Assembly: GCA_963677895.2 (NCBI GenBank)
Contig: CAXXGJ010000038.1
Coordinates: 160,001 to 224,000 of the forward strand
Direction of reading: 5' to 3'
Origin: Treponemataceae bacterium
GTDB lineage: Bacteria; Spirochaetota; Spirochaetia; Treponematales; Rectinemataceae
DNA length: 64,000 nt
Shown here: piece by piece, positions 49,647 to 59,534 of the stretch
How positions within the stretch are numbered: the first letter of the stretch is position 1
Layout of the letters: every line of letters starts with the position of its first letter
Translations under genes and position numbers: made by a program
Notes under the pieces: model-generated
The model's input: only the letters and a program-made list of their open reading frames with translations
What the model was told of the DNA's origin: nothing
Database searches by the model: none

Positions 49647-49695
49647 CTATTATTCACAACAATCAGAACGCATAAAAGGATAAGCTTTTTTTACT

Positions 49696-50628
49696 TTATT
49701 CGTCCGCTTCTTCCGAAAACTCTTCCCTGGAGAAGGAGCTTTTCCTGCCCCCGGCCTTTCTGGGAGCCGTAAATTCCTTGTCCTGATCGTCCTTGTCCTG
49801 CTGGTCGTCCTCTTCGTCGGCCTCGGACTCTTCCTCACCCTCTTCCGAATAATCGGCCAGGTCGGCAAGCGAACCGGACTCGATGTCGCCGATGAATTCG
49901 GGAACCTCGTCGGTTTCCTCGAAAAACAATATGCGGGAGCAGTAAGGACAGAAGTTGACGCGGGTGTTTTCCTCATCCCTGATTTCATTGACGAAATTGG
50001 CGGGCAGGATCATATGGCAGCCGGTGCAGACGACGCCGTGGACTGGCACGACGCCCACGCCCTTCTTGTTGCGGATGATTCTCTCAAGCTTGAAGAGAAT
50101 ATCGGTGCTTATTCCTTCGGATATGACGGTTTCCCTTTCCTTGAGGTCCTTGATGTTGGCGAGCTTGCTTTCCTTCTCGTTCTCTATGGCCTTGCTCTTT
50201 TCGGCGATTTCCTGTTCGAGCATGGCGATGCCGCCCTCGGTTTTCTGGAGTTCTTCCTCGATCTCCGCGAAGGTCCGCTCTTCCTGCTGGATATCCTTGC
50301 GAAGGGTCTGCTCCTTCTCCGTGGCGTCGCGAATTTCCTTATTTATAGCCTCGTACTCGCGCTGCGTCGTGATGCCGTCCATCTGCTGTTCGGACTTCTC
50401 GCGCAGCATCTCCGCTTCCTGGAGCCCCTGCCGGAGTTCGCGAACTCTCTCTTCGGAATTCTTGAAGGCTTCATCCTTTTCCACAAAGGATTTCTTGAGG
50501 CGTGACAGCATTTCATTCTGAGCCTCGATGGTCTTGGGCAGAAGATCGATCTCTTCCTCAAGCGCCACTCTTTCGCTGAGAATTTCCTGGTATGTTTTCA
50601 GCTTTTCCAACATTTCGACTGTAGTCAT
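49696..50628 (-). CDS. Coiled-coil C4-type zinc-ribbon protein (DUF164/FlgZ/CdsZ family) with acidic tail
   Basis: Long coiled coil, CTGCHM...CPYCSRIL, D/E-rich C-terminus. Confidence 0.88.
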   Translation of the reverse strand: MTTVEMLEKLKTYQEILSERVALEEEIDLLPKTIEAQNEMLSRLKKSFVEKDEAFKNSEERVRELRQGLQEAEMLREKSEQQMDGITTQREYEAINKEIRDATEKEQTLRKDIQQEERTFAEIEEELQKTEGGIAMLEQEIAEKSKAIENEKESKLANIKDLKERETVISEGISTDILFKLERIIRNKKGVGVVPVHGVVCTGCHMILPANFVNEIRDEENTRVNFCPYCSRILFFEETDEVPEFIGDIESGSLADLADYSEEGEEESEADEEDDQQDKDDQDKEFTAPRKAGGRKSSFSREEFSEEADE

Positions 50629-50643
50629 GCGCGTACACCCCTA

Positions 50644-52368
50644 TCAATGATCCATATAATCGCGAAGTTTCTGGCTCCGCTTGAAATGGCGTAGTTTCTT
50701 CAACGCCTTCGCTTCAATCTGGCGAATACGTTCCCTCGTAACGTTGAAATAGAGACCGACTTCCTCAAGCGTGAGCGAGTAGCCGTCGTCCAGACCGAAG
50801 CGCATCCTCAGCACTTCCTGCTCTCGTGGCGGAAGCGTGGAAAGGACCATCTTAATCTGTTCCTGGAGCAGTTTATAATCGGTCTGTATCGAAGGATTCT
50901 CGATTTCCTTGTCTTCGATGAAATCGCCGAGAAGCGAATCTTCGTCCTCGCCTATGGGCGTTTCAAGCGAAATAGGCTCCCGGGCGACATTCTTGACGCT
51001 TTTTACGCGCGAAACGGGCCAGCCCAGCTGCTCGGCGATCTCGTCGTCCGTCGGTTCGCGCCCCAGCTTCTGCATGAGCTGCCGCGATTCCCTCACCACC
51101 TTGTTGATCTGCTCGATCATGTGGACGGGAACGCGTATGGTGCGGGCCTGATCCGAAATTGAACGCGTGATGGCCTGACGTATCCACCATGTGGCGTAGG
51201 TGGAGAACTTATAGCCTTTGCGGTACTCGAATTTCTCGACCGCTTTTATGAGGCCGATATTGCCTTCCTGGACGAGGTCGAAAAAGTGCAGGCCTCTGTT
51301 CGTGTATTTCTTGGCGATTGAGACGACAAGCCTGAGGTTGGCCTTAATGAGCCTGTCCTTGGCGCTTTTCATCATTTTCCGGCCGCGGTTTATGTCCCTG
51401 GCCATGGAAATGATCTGATCGCAATCGGCTTCAAAAGCCGCTTCCAGTTCCTTCAGCTTCTTCTCAGTCACCTGGAGCTGGCGGATCTTTTCCTTGATAT
51501 CCTCGGAAGGCAGGCCTAGCTGTTCCTCGATGGCTTCCCGCTTTTCCTTGATGGTCAGATTTCTTCCGAGAACTCGTATATCGCGCATCGATGATATCTG
51601 CAGAATGCGCTGGATCCTGTCCTGCTCGCGCCGGTACTTGTTGATCTTCTTGGCGGCGTTTATGAACTTTTCGGAGAAAGAGCCGATTTCCTCGGGATGT
51701 ATCTCCGTATCCTTGATCTTTTCGAGAAGCACTTCTCTTTTTTTTACGAGATCGCCTTCGGTGAAAATGTCACCGCCCTTGGCAAGGATTTTCTTCTTAA
51801 GATCCACATAATCGCGGAGGTCGGTTAGGTTGTCTCGTATGACATCGCGGTAGAACTGATTCAGTCTCCTGCGTTCCGCGATCTTTTCCGTATTTTCCTT
51901 GCGCTGCCCCGTGGAGTCTTTCGCTTCCTTGCGCAATGCCTTGACGGTGAGCTGGTAGAACTCGGGTATAAGCATGCCCGACTTGCGGAGAATGGCTTTG
52001 ATTATCTCTTCGCCTTCCTCCATCATCTTGGAAAGTTCGACTTCCTGATCCGCCGTGAGCAGATGTTCCTTACCTATCTCGTAAAGATAGAGGCGTATGG
52101 GGTCGTCGCTGCCCGATTCCTTCGAATTGTTGACCAGACGCTTGTTCTCCAGTTCCTTTTTGAGCGTCTGCTCGTCTTCGATCTGGATATCCTCTTCTTC
52201 CAGCTGGATGTTGTTGGCTTCCAGCAGCGCGAGGATGGCGTCTATCTTCTCGGAATTGAGAACAGACTCAGGAAGAAAATCAGAGAGTTCATCGAAGCTG
52301 ATGGACTTTTTTTCTTTCGCGTATTCGAGCAGCTTCGCAATGGCGGGGTCGAGTTCTACATCACTCAT
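50644..52368 (-). CDS. rpoD: Primary sigma factor RpoD
   Basis: [47 protein letters not shown] 52368. Confidence 0.97.
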   Translation of the reverse strand: MSDVELDPAIAKLLEYAKEKKSISFDELSDFLPESVLNSEKIDAILALLEANNIQLEEEDIQIEDEQTLKKELENKRLVNNSKESGSDDPIRLYLYEIGKEHLLTADQEVELSKMMEEGEEIIKAILRKSGMLIPEFYQLTVKALRKEAKDSTGQRKENTEKIAERRRLNQFYRDVIRDNLTDLRDYVDLKKKILAKGGDIFTEGDLVKKREVLLEKIKDTEIHPEEIGSFSEKFINAAKKINKYRREQDRIQRILQISSMRDIRVLGRNLTIKEKREAIEEQLGLPSEDIKEKIRQLQVTEKKLKELEAAFEADCDQIISMARDINRGRKMMKSAKDRLIKANLRLVVSIAKKYTNRGLHFFDLVQEGNIGLIKAVEKFEYRKGYKFSTYATWWIRQAITRSISDQARTIRVPVHMIEQINKVVRESRQLMQKLGREPTDDEIAEQLGWPVSRVKSVKNVAREPISLETPIGEDEDSLLGDFIEDKEIENPSIQTDYKLLQEQIKMVLSTLPPREQEVLRMRFGLDDGYSLTLEEVGLYFNVTRERIRQIEAKALKKLRHFKRSQKLRDYMDH

Positions 52369-54190
52369 CGACTTCACCTTTTAAACGTGCAATTTTAACA
52401 TCAAGTTGCATCTTTTTTTTCAACAGATCAACCACGGTTTCCTGAATTTCGGCAGAAGAGGTCTCCACCATTACCGAAGCATCGCCGTTTTTTTGCGATG
52501 TACGGCCAATTTCCGCAATTAGACGCATTCGTTTCCTTTCCAGCGATCGGATCTGAACGGATTTTATTCCGTCGCTTATGACGGTTTCCAGTCCCTGATC
52601 CAGCTCACCGGATGCCGCAACGGCAAGGACAAAGCGTTTTGCGGCGTCATCGTTTGTTAAGGAGAGAATCGAGGTGGTCTCCTTTGCATCGCGAAGGGAT
52701 GCTTCCTCGAGAGCGAAAAAAAGATCCCGGGCTCGCGGGTCATCCAGATCGTCGGAACGTATCGATTCTTTTACCTGCAAAAAAGCCTCAGGAAACAAGA
52801 CGACGGCCGTCATGAAAAAAAGGTCGGCTGTTCTCGCCCCAAAATTTCCGGTCCGGCGAGGAACGGGATTGTCTTTCCCGTTCCGGAAAGCCTGGTTTCC
52901 GTCTATAGCCTTAGCCTTCAGATAATCCGTCAACAGCCCGCTCGGGTTGATTCCCATCCTGCGGCCCACGATATCAAGAAAGCCGTTGCGCTTTACCTCG
53001 GAATCGAGAGCGTCAAGGTACGGATAGAAAAACACCGATGCCTTGGATTTGCCATCCATGGATCCCAGATCGAAAAGCTCTTCGGCTCTGCGAATAAGGA
53101 AATCTCCGCTATTTATACTGTATTCCGCAACCTTTTTCAATGCGTCGGCTCCAAAATTCTCCAGAATTTCGGAAGCGTCTTTTCCTTCTGACATCAAGAC
53201 TACGCTGGTATCGAGACCGTTGCCGCTCGCGATGGAACAAGCCCTCTCGGCGGCTTTCTTCCCCGCGTCATCCGAATCGAAACAGAGGGATACGCGTTCG
53301 GCCCTCCGCCGTATCAGCGCGGCCTGTTTCGTCGTGAATGCCGTTCCCAGCGGAGCCACGGCGTTCTTGATTCCAGCCGCGTGAAAGGACAGCGCGTCCA
53401 TGTAGCCTTCGCATATGAGCGCCGAATTTTTTTCCTTGATGGCAGAAAGAGCCTTGTCGAAAGCGAAGAGGTTTTCCTGCTTGTGAAAAATGGCCGTATC
53501 AGGGCTGTTGATGTACTTAGGTCCATCGCCGTGGATAAGCCTTCCCCCAAAAGCGATCACCCTTCCCCGCTGATCGGCTATCGGAAACATTATGCGATCG
53601 CAGAACAGAGGATATCGTTTGTTGCGCGCCGAGAAAAAGCCGGTTCTCTCCAGAAATTCCGGAGAAAAGCCCTTGCCGACGAGGAATCGGTGGAGCCAAG
53701 CCGGATCAGCCGGCGCGTAGCCCAGCCTGAAAGAGTCTATAAGTTCGCTTGGGATTTTCCGCTTGGTGAGTATTCCCAAAGCTTCGGCTCCTGAATCATG
53801 CTCGCGCAGAAGCCAATGGAAGGCTATCGCCAATTTCTCATAGAGCACGTAAAGCTGGTTTCTTTCCGATTCTTCCTTGTCCGAGAAAGAATTATCAGCA
53901 GGCAAGGCGATATGGGCGCGTTCGGCGAGCTCGCCAACGGCTTCGGGAAACGAAAGCTTATCCGTTTCCATGAGGAAATCGATGAGAGATCCGCCTTTCT
54001 GGCATCCAAAACAATAATAAAGCCCCCGCTCGGCATCGACGGAAAAAGATGGGGTTTTTTCGGAATGGAAGGGGCATAATCCCCACCATTTGCCGCCTTT
54101 TTTCGCCAGCCTTACTTTTTCCTGAAAAACAGTGAGATAGTTCGTTTTATCGAGGATTTCCTGGATCAATGTTTCCGGTAGTCTGCTCAT
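52361..54190 (-). CDS. dnaG: DNA primase
   Basis: [15 protein letters not shown] zinc finger, KYINSP, EGYMD, DSDDAG. Confidence 0.97.
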   Translation of the reverse strand: MSRLPETLIQEILDKTNYLTVFQEKVRLAKKGGKWWGLCPFHSEKTPSFSVDAERGLYYCFGCQKGGSLIDFLMETDKLSFPEAVGELAERAHIALPADNSFSDKEESERNQLYVLYEKLAIAFHWLLREHDSGAEALGILTKRKIPSELIDSFRLGYAPADPAWLHRFLVGKGFSPEFLERTGFFSARNKRYPLFCDRIMFPIADQRGRVIAFGGRLIHGDGPKYINSPDTAIFHKQENLFAFDKALSAIKEKNSALICEGYMDALSFHAAGIKNAVAPLGTAFTTKQAALIRRRAERVSLCFDSDDAGKKAAERACSIASGNGLDTSVVLMSEGKDASEILENFGADALKKVAEYSINSGDFLIRRAEELFDLGSMDGKSKASVFFYPYLDALDSEVKRNGFLDIVGRRMGINPSGLLTDYLKAKAIDGNQAFRNGKDNPVPRRTGNFGARTADLFFMTAVVLFPEAFLQVKESIRSDDLDDPRARDLFFALEEASLRDAKETTSILSLTNDDAAKRFVLAVAASGELDQGLETVISDGIKSVQIRSLERKRMRLIAEIGRTSQKNGDASVMVETSSAEIQETVVDLLKKKMQLDVKIARLKGEVDE

Positions 54191-54196
54191 CGCTCT

Positions 54197-55213
54197 TCAG
54201 AATCCTTTGACCGGTATGACTTCGCCGGTATGTTCCTCGAAGGTTTTGGAAAATTTATGCGTACCCTCGGAGTTCCCCATGACCCTGAAGTAAAGATAAT
54301 CACTTTTGGGGCTGTTGAATACGGCGCGAAGGGCCGTTTCGCCCGGATTGGATATCGGACCGGGAGGAAGCCCGCGGTGGATATAGCTGTTGTATGGATC
54401 GGGTATTTCCAGATCGGAGTAATAGACGACTTGAGGGTGAGGCTTAAGCTGTTTTTCCGTGATGATATAGACGATCGTGGCGCATGATTGAAGCGCCATA
54501 TTGATCTTCAGCCTGTTCTTGAAAACCGACGCGATGAGGCCAGCCTCCGATTCGACGCCGTATTCGCGCTCGACAATCGAAGCGAGAATCACATCTTCGT
54601 AGAGTTTCGCCGGATCGATTTTTTTGCCGGGAAGGATTTTTTCCAACTTTGTGAAAAACGTCTGGGCCATGACGAGGACGATCTGCTCCGGATTGCTGTT
54701 CTCCGAGAACAGGTACGTATCGGGGAAGAGGAAGCCCTCGAAGCTTGGACCGGATATTCCGGCATGGTCGATTAAGGTTGGATTGCGGACGGCGGCTAAA
54801 AAGCCGTCCTTGCTGCAGACACCGGCTTTCTCAAGAATGCCGGCGATGACTCTGGATGTTGTGCCTTCCGGTATCGTCACCTGGATCTGCATGGTCCTGC
54901 CCTCGGTCAAGGTAGCTACGATAGCGGGAATGCTGGCGCCTTGGGCAATTTTATATGTTCCGGCCTTCAGTTTTCTGTCGGATCCCGTAATCCTCAGATA
55001 GAGCTGGAAAAGCAACCGGTTCTGGATAAGTTGTTCCCGCTGCAGTACGGAAGCCACTTCGCTCGCCGTAGAACCTTTCGCGACACGCAGGACCTTTTCG
55101 GGAGAGCCTGTACCGCCGCCCGGAACCGAGAACGTAAGCGCGAGAATGACAGCGACGAGAACGAGGGCGGCAAGAACGACAAGGCCGGTCCGCATCGCGG
55201 GGTTCTTCATCAT
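54197..55213 (-). CDS. mltG: Endolytic transglycosylase MltG
   Basis: TIPEG, EGFLFPDTY, LASIVERE, PYNSY..GLPPGPISNPG. Confidence 0.94.
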   Translation of the reverse strand: MMKNPAMRTGLVVLAALVLVAVILALTFSVPGGGTGSPEKVLRVAKGSTASEVASVLQREQLIQNRLLFQLYLRITGSDRKLKAGTYKIAQGASIPAIVATLTEGRTMQIQVTIPEGTTSRVIAGILEKAGVCSKDGFLAAVRNPTLIDHAGISGPSFEGFLFPDTYLFSENSNPEQIVLVMAQTFFTKLEKILPGKKIDPAKLYEDVILASIVEREYGVESEAGLIASVFKNRLKINMALQSCATIVYIITEKQLKPHPQVVYYSDLEIPDPYNSYIHRGLPPGPISNPGETALRAVFNSPKSDYLYFRVMGNSEGTHKFSKTFEEHTGEVIPVKGF

Positions 55214-55674
55214 AGGCTCTCCACGCTCCCTTTTTGCGGGAACAAGCGACGCGGCTCGGATCTACGCTCAAGTACATACTCGGCGATTTTTTCCGGCGCG
55301 ACGAGATCACCTTTGCCTATTCCCGGACAGTATGATGCTTCCGCCGCCCAAGTTTTCCTGGATTCAAGGATCTCTTCCCAGAAAGGATAGGTTCTGCATT
55401 GAATAGGCCTGGCGGCATAGACGGAGCATTTTCCCGCATCGAGGAAGACGCAGTCGTATCCTGCCTTTTCCCTTATGCTGAGCGCCCTTCCGTTCTCCAC
55501 ATCGACGTACTTGCAGTACTTCCTGACAAATGCGTTGAAATCCGTTCCTAGATATTCACAAAGGCGGGTTATATCGGATTGGCCGAGCCAGACATATCCA
55601 GGAGAGCCGGTGCAGCAAAATGAACATTCTTTGCATTCAAACGACAACCCGCACCGATTGGCTTCTTCGAACAC
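55210..55674 (-). CDS. YkgJ family cysteine cluster protein
   Basis: CKECSFCC, CVFL, CSVYAARPIQCRTYPFW, CPG. Confidence 0.9.
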   Translation of the reverse strand: MFEEANRCGLSFECKECSFCCTGSPGYVWLGQSDITRLCEYLGTDFNAFVRKYCKYVDVENGRALSIREKAGYDCVFLDAGKCSVYAARPIQCRTYPFWEEILESRKTWAAEASYCPGIGKGDLVAPEKIAEYVLERRSEPRRLFPQKGSVESL

Positions 55675-55716
55675 TGTGACGCTCCGAGTTATTCAAGATA
55701 CCGCTTTTCCAGAAAT

Positions 55717-55746
55717 AAAAAAACCTCCTCGATAAGAGGAGGTTTT
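55717..55746 (-). terminator. Terminator of the tRNA-Thr/Tyr transcript
   Basis: Minus strand AAAACCTCCTC-ttatc-GAGGAGGTTTTTTT. Confidence 0.8.
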
Positions 55747-55828
55747 GGGGAGAGAAGGATTTGAACCTTCGAAGGCGTAAGCCAACAGATTTACAGTCTG
55801 CCCCCTTTGACCACTCGGGAATCTCCCC
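55746..55828 (-). tRNA. tRNA-Tyr(GTA)
   Basis: GGGGAGA/TCTCCCC acceptor, anticodon loop CTGTAAA, long variable arm, TTCAAAT T-loop; CCA not encoded. Confidence 0.97.
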
Positions 55829-55857
55829 AAAACAGGGCACTTCTAAAACACCCCTCG

Positions 55858-55930
55858 AGCCATCTCCCGGAATCGAACCGGGGACCCCGAGATTACAAGT
55901 CACGTGCTCTGCCAGCTGAGCTAAGATGGC
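55858..55930 (-). tRNA. tRNA-Thr(TGT)
   Basis: GCCATCT/AGATGGC acceptor, loop CTTGTAA, TTCGATT T-loop; CCA not encoded. Confidence 0.95.
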
Positions 55931-55946
55931 GCAGGCAACGAAACCG

Positions 55947-55976
55947 ACTATACATAAAAGCAGCGGATTGCGTCAA
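55947..55976 (-). promoter_or_regulatory. Sigma70 promoter of the tRNA pair
   Basis: TTGACG-N18-TATAGT. Confidence 0.65.
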
Positions 55977-56002
55977 GAGCCATCGCTGCTTTATTTCCCC
56001 GA

Positions 56003-56761
56003 TCAGGAGAAAACCGAACCGTTCCATGCCGCAGGATGCGCGGCTTCCGGATGGATGTTCACGAGACTTACGGCGATGAAGCCTTCGGATACGGCATGAT
56101 GGTCCGACTGGAGGTCGAAAGCCCTTTCGTTGCGTCCCTCGGCCAGAAAGCAGTACATATAGCCATCGGCGCCGTCGAAGCACTTCAGGTTGTCATAATA
56201 TTTATTCCTGCCCGGGACGGTCCAGCGCGCGGATAGATTTTCATCCGACGAGGATGGGCCGTTGATATTGATGAAACTGTTGGTCTTCCATGCCGCCATA
56301 AGCTGATCGAGATTTTTGGCGACAAAGGCGGCGCAGGCGCGATAGTCGAGCGGAGGCTGATATTTCGCGCAGGAGACGGCGATGGCCGGAATTCCCACGA
56401 GAGCCGCCTGCCTTGCGGCGCCGCATGTCCCCGAATAGATTATGTCGGTGCCGAGATTGGGCCCCCTGTTTATGCCCGAGATCACGAGATCGGGCATCCC
56501 GTCCATGACCTTGAGGCCGGCGACTATGACACAGTCAGCGGGCGTGCCCGAACAGGTGTAGGTGCCCTCGGATAGTTTTTTCACCTTGGTCGGACGCCTC
56601 AGCGTCATGGCGTGTGAAACGCCTGAACGCTCTCCCTCGGGCGCGATGACGATGATTTCGTGTTTTTTCCCATCGCTCGCGGTCACCGCTTTCAGATAGC
56701 TTTCAAGGACATCGAGCCCTTCGGCGTCGATGCCATCATCGTTTGTCAGAAGAATCCTCAT
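56003..56761 (-). CDS. surE: 5'/3'-nucleotidase SurE
   Basis: ILLTNDDG, SGVSHA, GTPADCV, SGINRGPNLG, YSGT. Confidence 0.96.
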   Translation of the reverse strand: MRILLTNDDGIDAEGLDVLESYLKAVTASDGKKHEIIVIAPEGERSGVSHAMTLRRPTKVKKLSEGTYTCSGTPADCVIVAGLKVMDGMPDLVISGINRGPNLGTDIIYSGTCGAARQAALVGIPAIAVSCAKYQPPLDYRACAAFVAKNLDQLMAAWKTNSFININGPSSSDENLSARWTVPGRNKYYDNLKCFDGADGYMYCFLAEGRNERAFDLQSDHHAVSEGFIAVSLVNIHPEAAHPAAWNGSVFS

Positions 56762-56816
56762 GCATTACTCCGGGTAGTTTTTTGCTGTCCATGACTTCCT
56801 GCGGCCCAAAATTTCT

Positions 56817-57965
56817 TCAGTACGTTACCACTCTCAAGCCGCCATTTATCGAGGTTTCATATATCTGTGCCTTGAAACCGAAAATTCTTTCATATTCCTC
56901 GAGACGCTTCCGGTATTCTTCGATGGCATCCTGTTTCATCACGGAAAAAATACAGCCGCCGAATCCCGGACCCGTCATGCGCGAACAGAGAATCCCGTCG
57001 ATCTCCAGCGACCGCTTCACGAGCCAGTCGACTTCGGGGCAGGATATTTCATAGTGGTTTCTCAAGGATGCGTGCGACTTGTTCATGATCCTGCCGAAGG
57101 CCAGGGCGTCCTGCTTAGCCAAAGCATCTTCGGCTTCCAGAACCCTGGAAGTCTCCTCGACGACATGGATGCATCGTCTTCGTACGCTCTCCGGCAAAAC
57201 CCCCATGAGTTCGTCGAGGTCCGATATTCGAACATCCCTCAACGTCTTGTTCCCTCTGGGTGAAATATACTGGAGGCATCGTCTGCAATCGTCGGCGCGC
57301 TGCTTAAGCTCGAGCTCGGCCGAGGCTCGAGGCACGCGAGAATCCGTAAGAACGAGATTCCACGTTTCGTCCAGGAATTGCACGGCCCTTCTGCGGGGAA
57401 TCCTCAGATCGATTATGGAAAGCGATCGAATCCCGGGGGCTATGCCCGCGAGATAATCATACATGGGCAAGGGTTTTTCCATAAAAACGGACTGGGCCTT
57501 GCATGCGAGCTCGGCGAGTTCCTCATTCTTGATGGAGAGGTTGAAAACGGTCTTGAGCGCCAGGGCCGTGGCCATGTTTATGGCGGCGGAAATGCCGAGG
57601 CCCAAACCCTGCGGCACATTTCCGCTTATCGTGACATTTATTCCCTTTCCCTGAAAATCATAGAGTTTGGAGAAATAATCATAGATGGATTTGACGTGGT
57701 TGGCCCAGCGATCTTCGCGCTTGAACTTCAGAGTTCCCGTGGAGGCTCTCTTGCGTTCGCCCAGGTCGGAAGCGAAAAACCGCATGGAAGAATCTTTGCG
57801 CTGGGAAATGGCGACCTTCATTTCATAGGAGATCGCCGCCGCCAGGACGATGCCGTCGCTGTTGGCGGTATGTTCCCCAAGAAGCTTGACCGTCGCCGGC
57901 GCGGAGGCTACACAGGCTGGAGAGGCTTCATATTCGGCCAGGTGGACCGCGAAGATATCTTTCAT
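56817..57965 (-). CDS. Galactokinase-like GHMP kinase with altered active-site motifs
   Basis: LLGEHT, PQGLGLGISAA, SHASLRNHYEISCPE, RMTGPGFGG. Confidence 0.8.
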   Translation of the reverse strand: MKDIFAVHLAEYEASPACVASAPATVKLLGEHTANSDGIVLAAAISYEMKVAISQRKDSSMRFFASDLGERKRASTGTLKFKREDRWANHVKSIYDYFSKLYDFQGKGINVTISGNVPQGLGLGISAAINMATALALKTVFNLSIKNEELAELACKAQSVFMEKPLPMYDYLAGIAPGIRSLSIIDLRIPRRRAVQFLDETWNLVLTDSRVPRASAELELKQRADDCRRCLQYISPRGNKTLRDVRISDLDELMGVLPESVRRRCIHVVEETSRVLEAEDALAKQDALAFGRIMNKSHASLRNHYEISCPEVDWLVKRSLEIDGILCSRMTGPGFGGCIFSVMKQDAIEEYRKRLEEYERIFGFKAQIYETSINGGLRVVTY

Positions 57966-58033
57966 CAATCCTTCTTTTCAGTAATTATCCGCGGCAAGCG
58001 GTCAAAACATACAATAGAATCATTTTACAATAC

Positions 58034-58369
58034 TTATCGCGTCGGTTCAACAAAAAAAGCACCGCTCGCCTTCATCAATTTCTTCAGCTTATGTATTTGT
58101 ATCTCCGCGTCTTTCAGCTCGGCTTCATAGCGTCGGCGCTCGAGCACCTTGGCTTCCACGCCCTTCGTCTTCCAGGTGCCCAGTTTTCCGATATACTCCG
58201 TGACGACCTTGCCGTTTTCACGCTTTACGAGGTAGACATAGCTGCCGTTTCCCCGCTTCTTGATCGCGAGCGAACCCTTGGGTCTCTGAAGACATTCTTC
58301 CCTAAGCCTGGTTACGGAACGGTATAAATGCAGGTATTCGCTTTGCAGCATCGTTTCTATCGCGCTCAT
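58034..58369 (-). CDS. Small basic hypothetical protein (PKGSL..K..G..YVYL..R.NGKV...YIG motif, DUF6788-like)
   Basis: 111 aa ORF with GAGG RBS; Lys/Arg-rich beta-hairpin motif flanked by helices. Confidence 0.7.
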   Translation of the reverse strand: MSAIETMLQSEYLHLYRSVTRLREECLQRPKGSLAIKKRGNGSYVYLVKRENGKVVTEYIGKLGTWKTKGVEAKVLERRRYEAELKDAEIQIHKLKKLMKASGAFFVEPTR

Positions 58370-58473
58370 CCATCGGCCTCAATAGATATATACCATATAA
58401 GCACAAATTGAGGAAGGAGTTTTCATTTTTCTTTTAAAAAATACAAAAGCGCGAAGGAACAATCCATAAAAAA

Positions 58474-58547
58474 TGAGCGATGCGCGATTCGAACGCGCGA
58501 CCTTCGGCTCCGGAGGCCGACGCTCTATCCAGCTGAGCTAATCGCCC
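58474..58547 (-). tRNA. tRNA-Arg(CCG)
   Basis: GGGCGAT/ATCGCTC acceptor, loop CTCCGGA, TTCGAAT T-loop; TTGACT-N18-TAGTAT promoter at 58598-58627. Confidence 0.96.
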
Positions 58548-58692
58548 TTGATTCTTCTCAAGGCGAGAGCGCGTCTGGCGCTCCCCGAAAGGAGTTTCAT
58601 ACTAGTACGCGCGCCCGATGATAGTCAATAAGACTCCCCGTCAAACACCCTCCCCCCTAGACCCCCGGACTCTTTTTATTCAATATCTACGC

Positions 58693-59340
58693 ATGGAAAC
58701 GATAATGCTGGCCTCCTCCTCCCCCCGCCGGAAGGAGATTCTCCGTTCACTTTCCGTGCCTTTCGAGGTCCTTCATCCCGATATAGACGAAAGCGTCTGC
58801 GATCACCTGGTTCCCGAGCACAGGGTCGTGGCGCTGGCCGAGAAAAAGGCTTTAGCGGGAATGGCTATGATGCAACGCGAGGCCGATACCGGGGCGGCCG
58901 TCCTGGAACGCGATAAGAAGTCGCGGCTTCTTCTCTCCGCCGACACGCTGGTGGCCTTCCATCGTTCCGGAAAATGGAAAACGATAGGCAAACCCGCCGA
59001 CAGGGCCGAAGCCAAGACAATGCTCGCCTATATGGCCGGCAAGACGCATACAGTTTTCTCCGGGCTTTGCCTTCTCGATCTGGAGAGCGGCATACGCCAT
59101 ACCGCATGCTCCTCTACGAAGGTGCGCTTCGCCCCGATGTCGGAAAGAGAAATCGAAGGGTATCTGGATACCGACGAATGGCGGGGAGCTGCCGGCGCCT
59201 ACCGCGTCCAGGGCTGCGGTTCCTGCTTCATCGAGGCGATGAAAGGATCATGGTCCTGCGTGGTGGGCTTGCCAATCCGCGAGCTTTATGGCATTCTCAT
59301 AGACGCTGATTACGACTTCGGAGCTACCGGGCGCACCTAG
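58693..59340 (+). CDS. maf: Maf family nucleotide pyrophosphatase
   Basis: LASSSPRR, DIDE, SADT, GKP, AGAYRVQG, VVGLP; ATG 58693. Confidence 0.92.
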   Translation: METIMLASSSPRRKEILRSLSVPFEVLHPDIDESVCDHLVPEHRVVALAEKKALAGMAMMQREADTGAAVLERDKKSRLLLSADTLVAFHRSGKWKTIGKPADRAEAKTMLAYMAGKTHTVFSGLCLLDLESGIRHTACSSTKVRFAPMSEREIEGYLDTDEWRGAAGAYRVQGCGSCFIEAMKGSWSCVVGLPIRELYGILIDADYDFGATGRT

Positions 59341-59344
59341 CTGT

Positions 59345-59534
59345 ACTAGAAACTTCCGCACCCTGCTGCACGTGAATACTTCCGGCCTCCGATCGTACCA
59401 GCATAACGGCGCTTCAAGCGCCGGGGCTGGCGCCGCCGCGGCGATGCCAGCTTAATCTTCCGCCCGGCGATGGCGACATTCCGGGACGAGAATCAGAGAA
59501 GGGGATCAGGTTAGCCTGATCACGGGAGGAACTC
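59345..59534 (+). promoter_or_regulatory. Structured rpsB 5' leader (candidate S2 autoregulatory RNA)
   Basis: About 190 nt with several hairpins; GGAGG at 59525-59529. Confidence 0.55.

Noticed and set aside
57970..58060. Possible att duplication of the tRNA-Arg 3' end
   Set aside because: Only weak, gapped resemblance, and no integrase.
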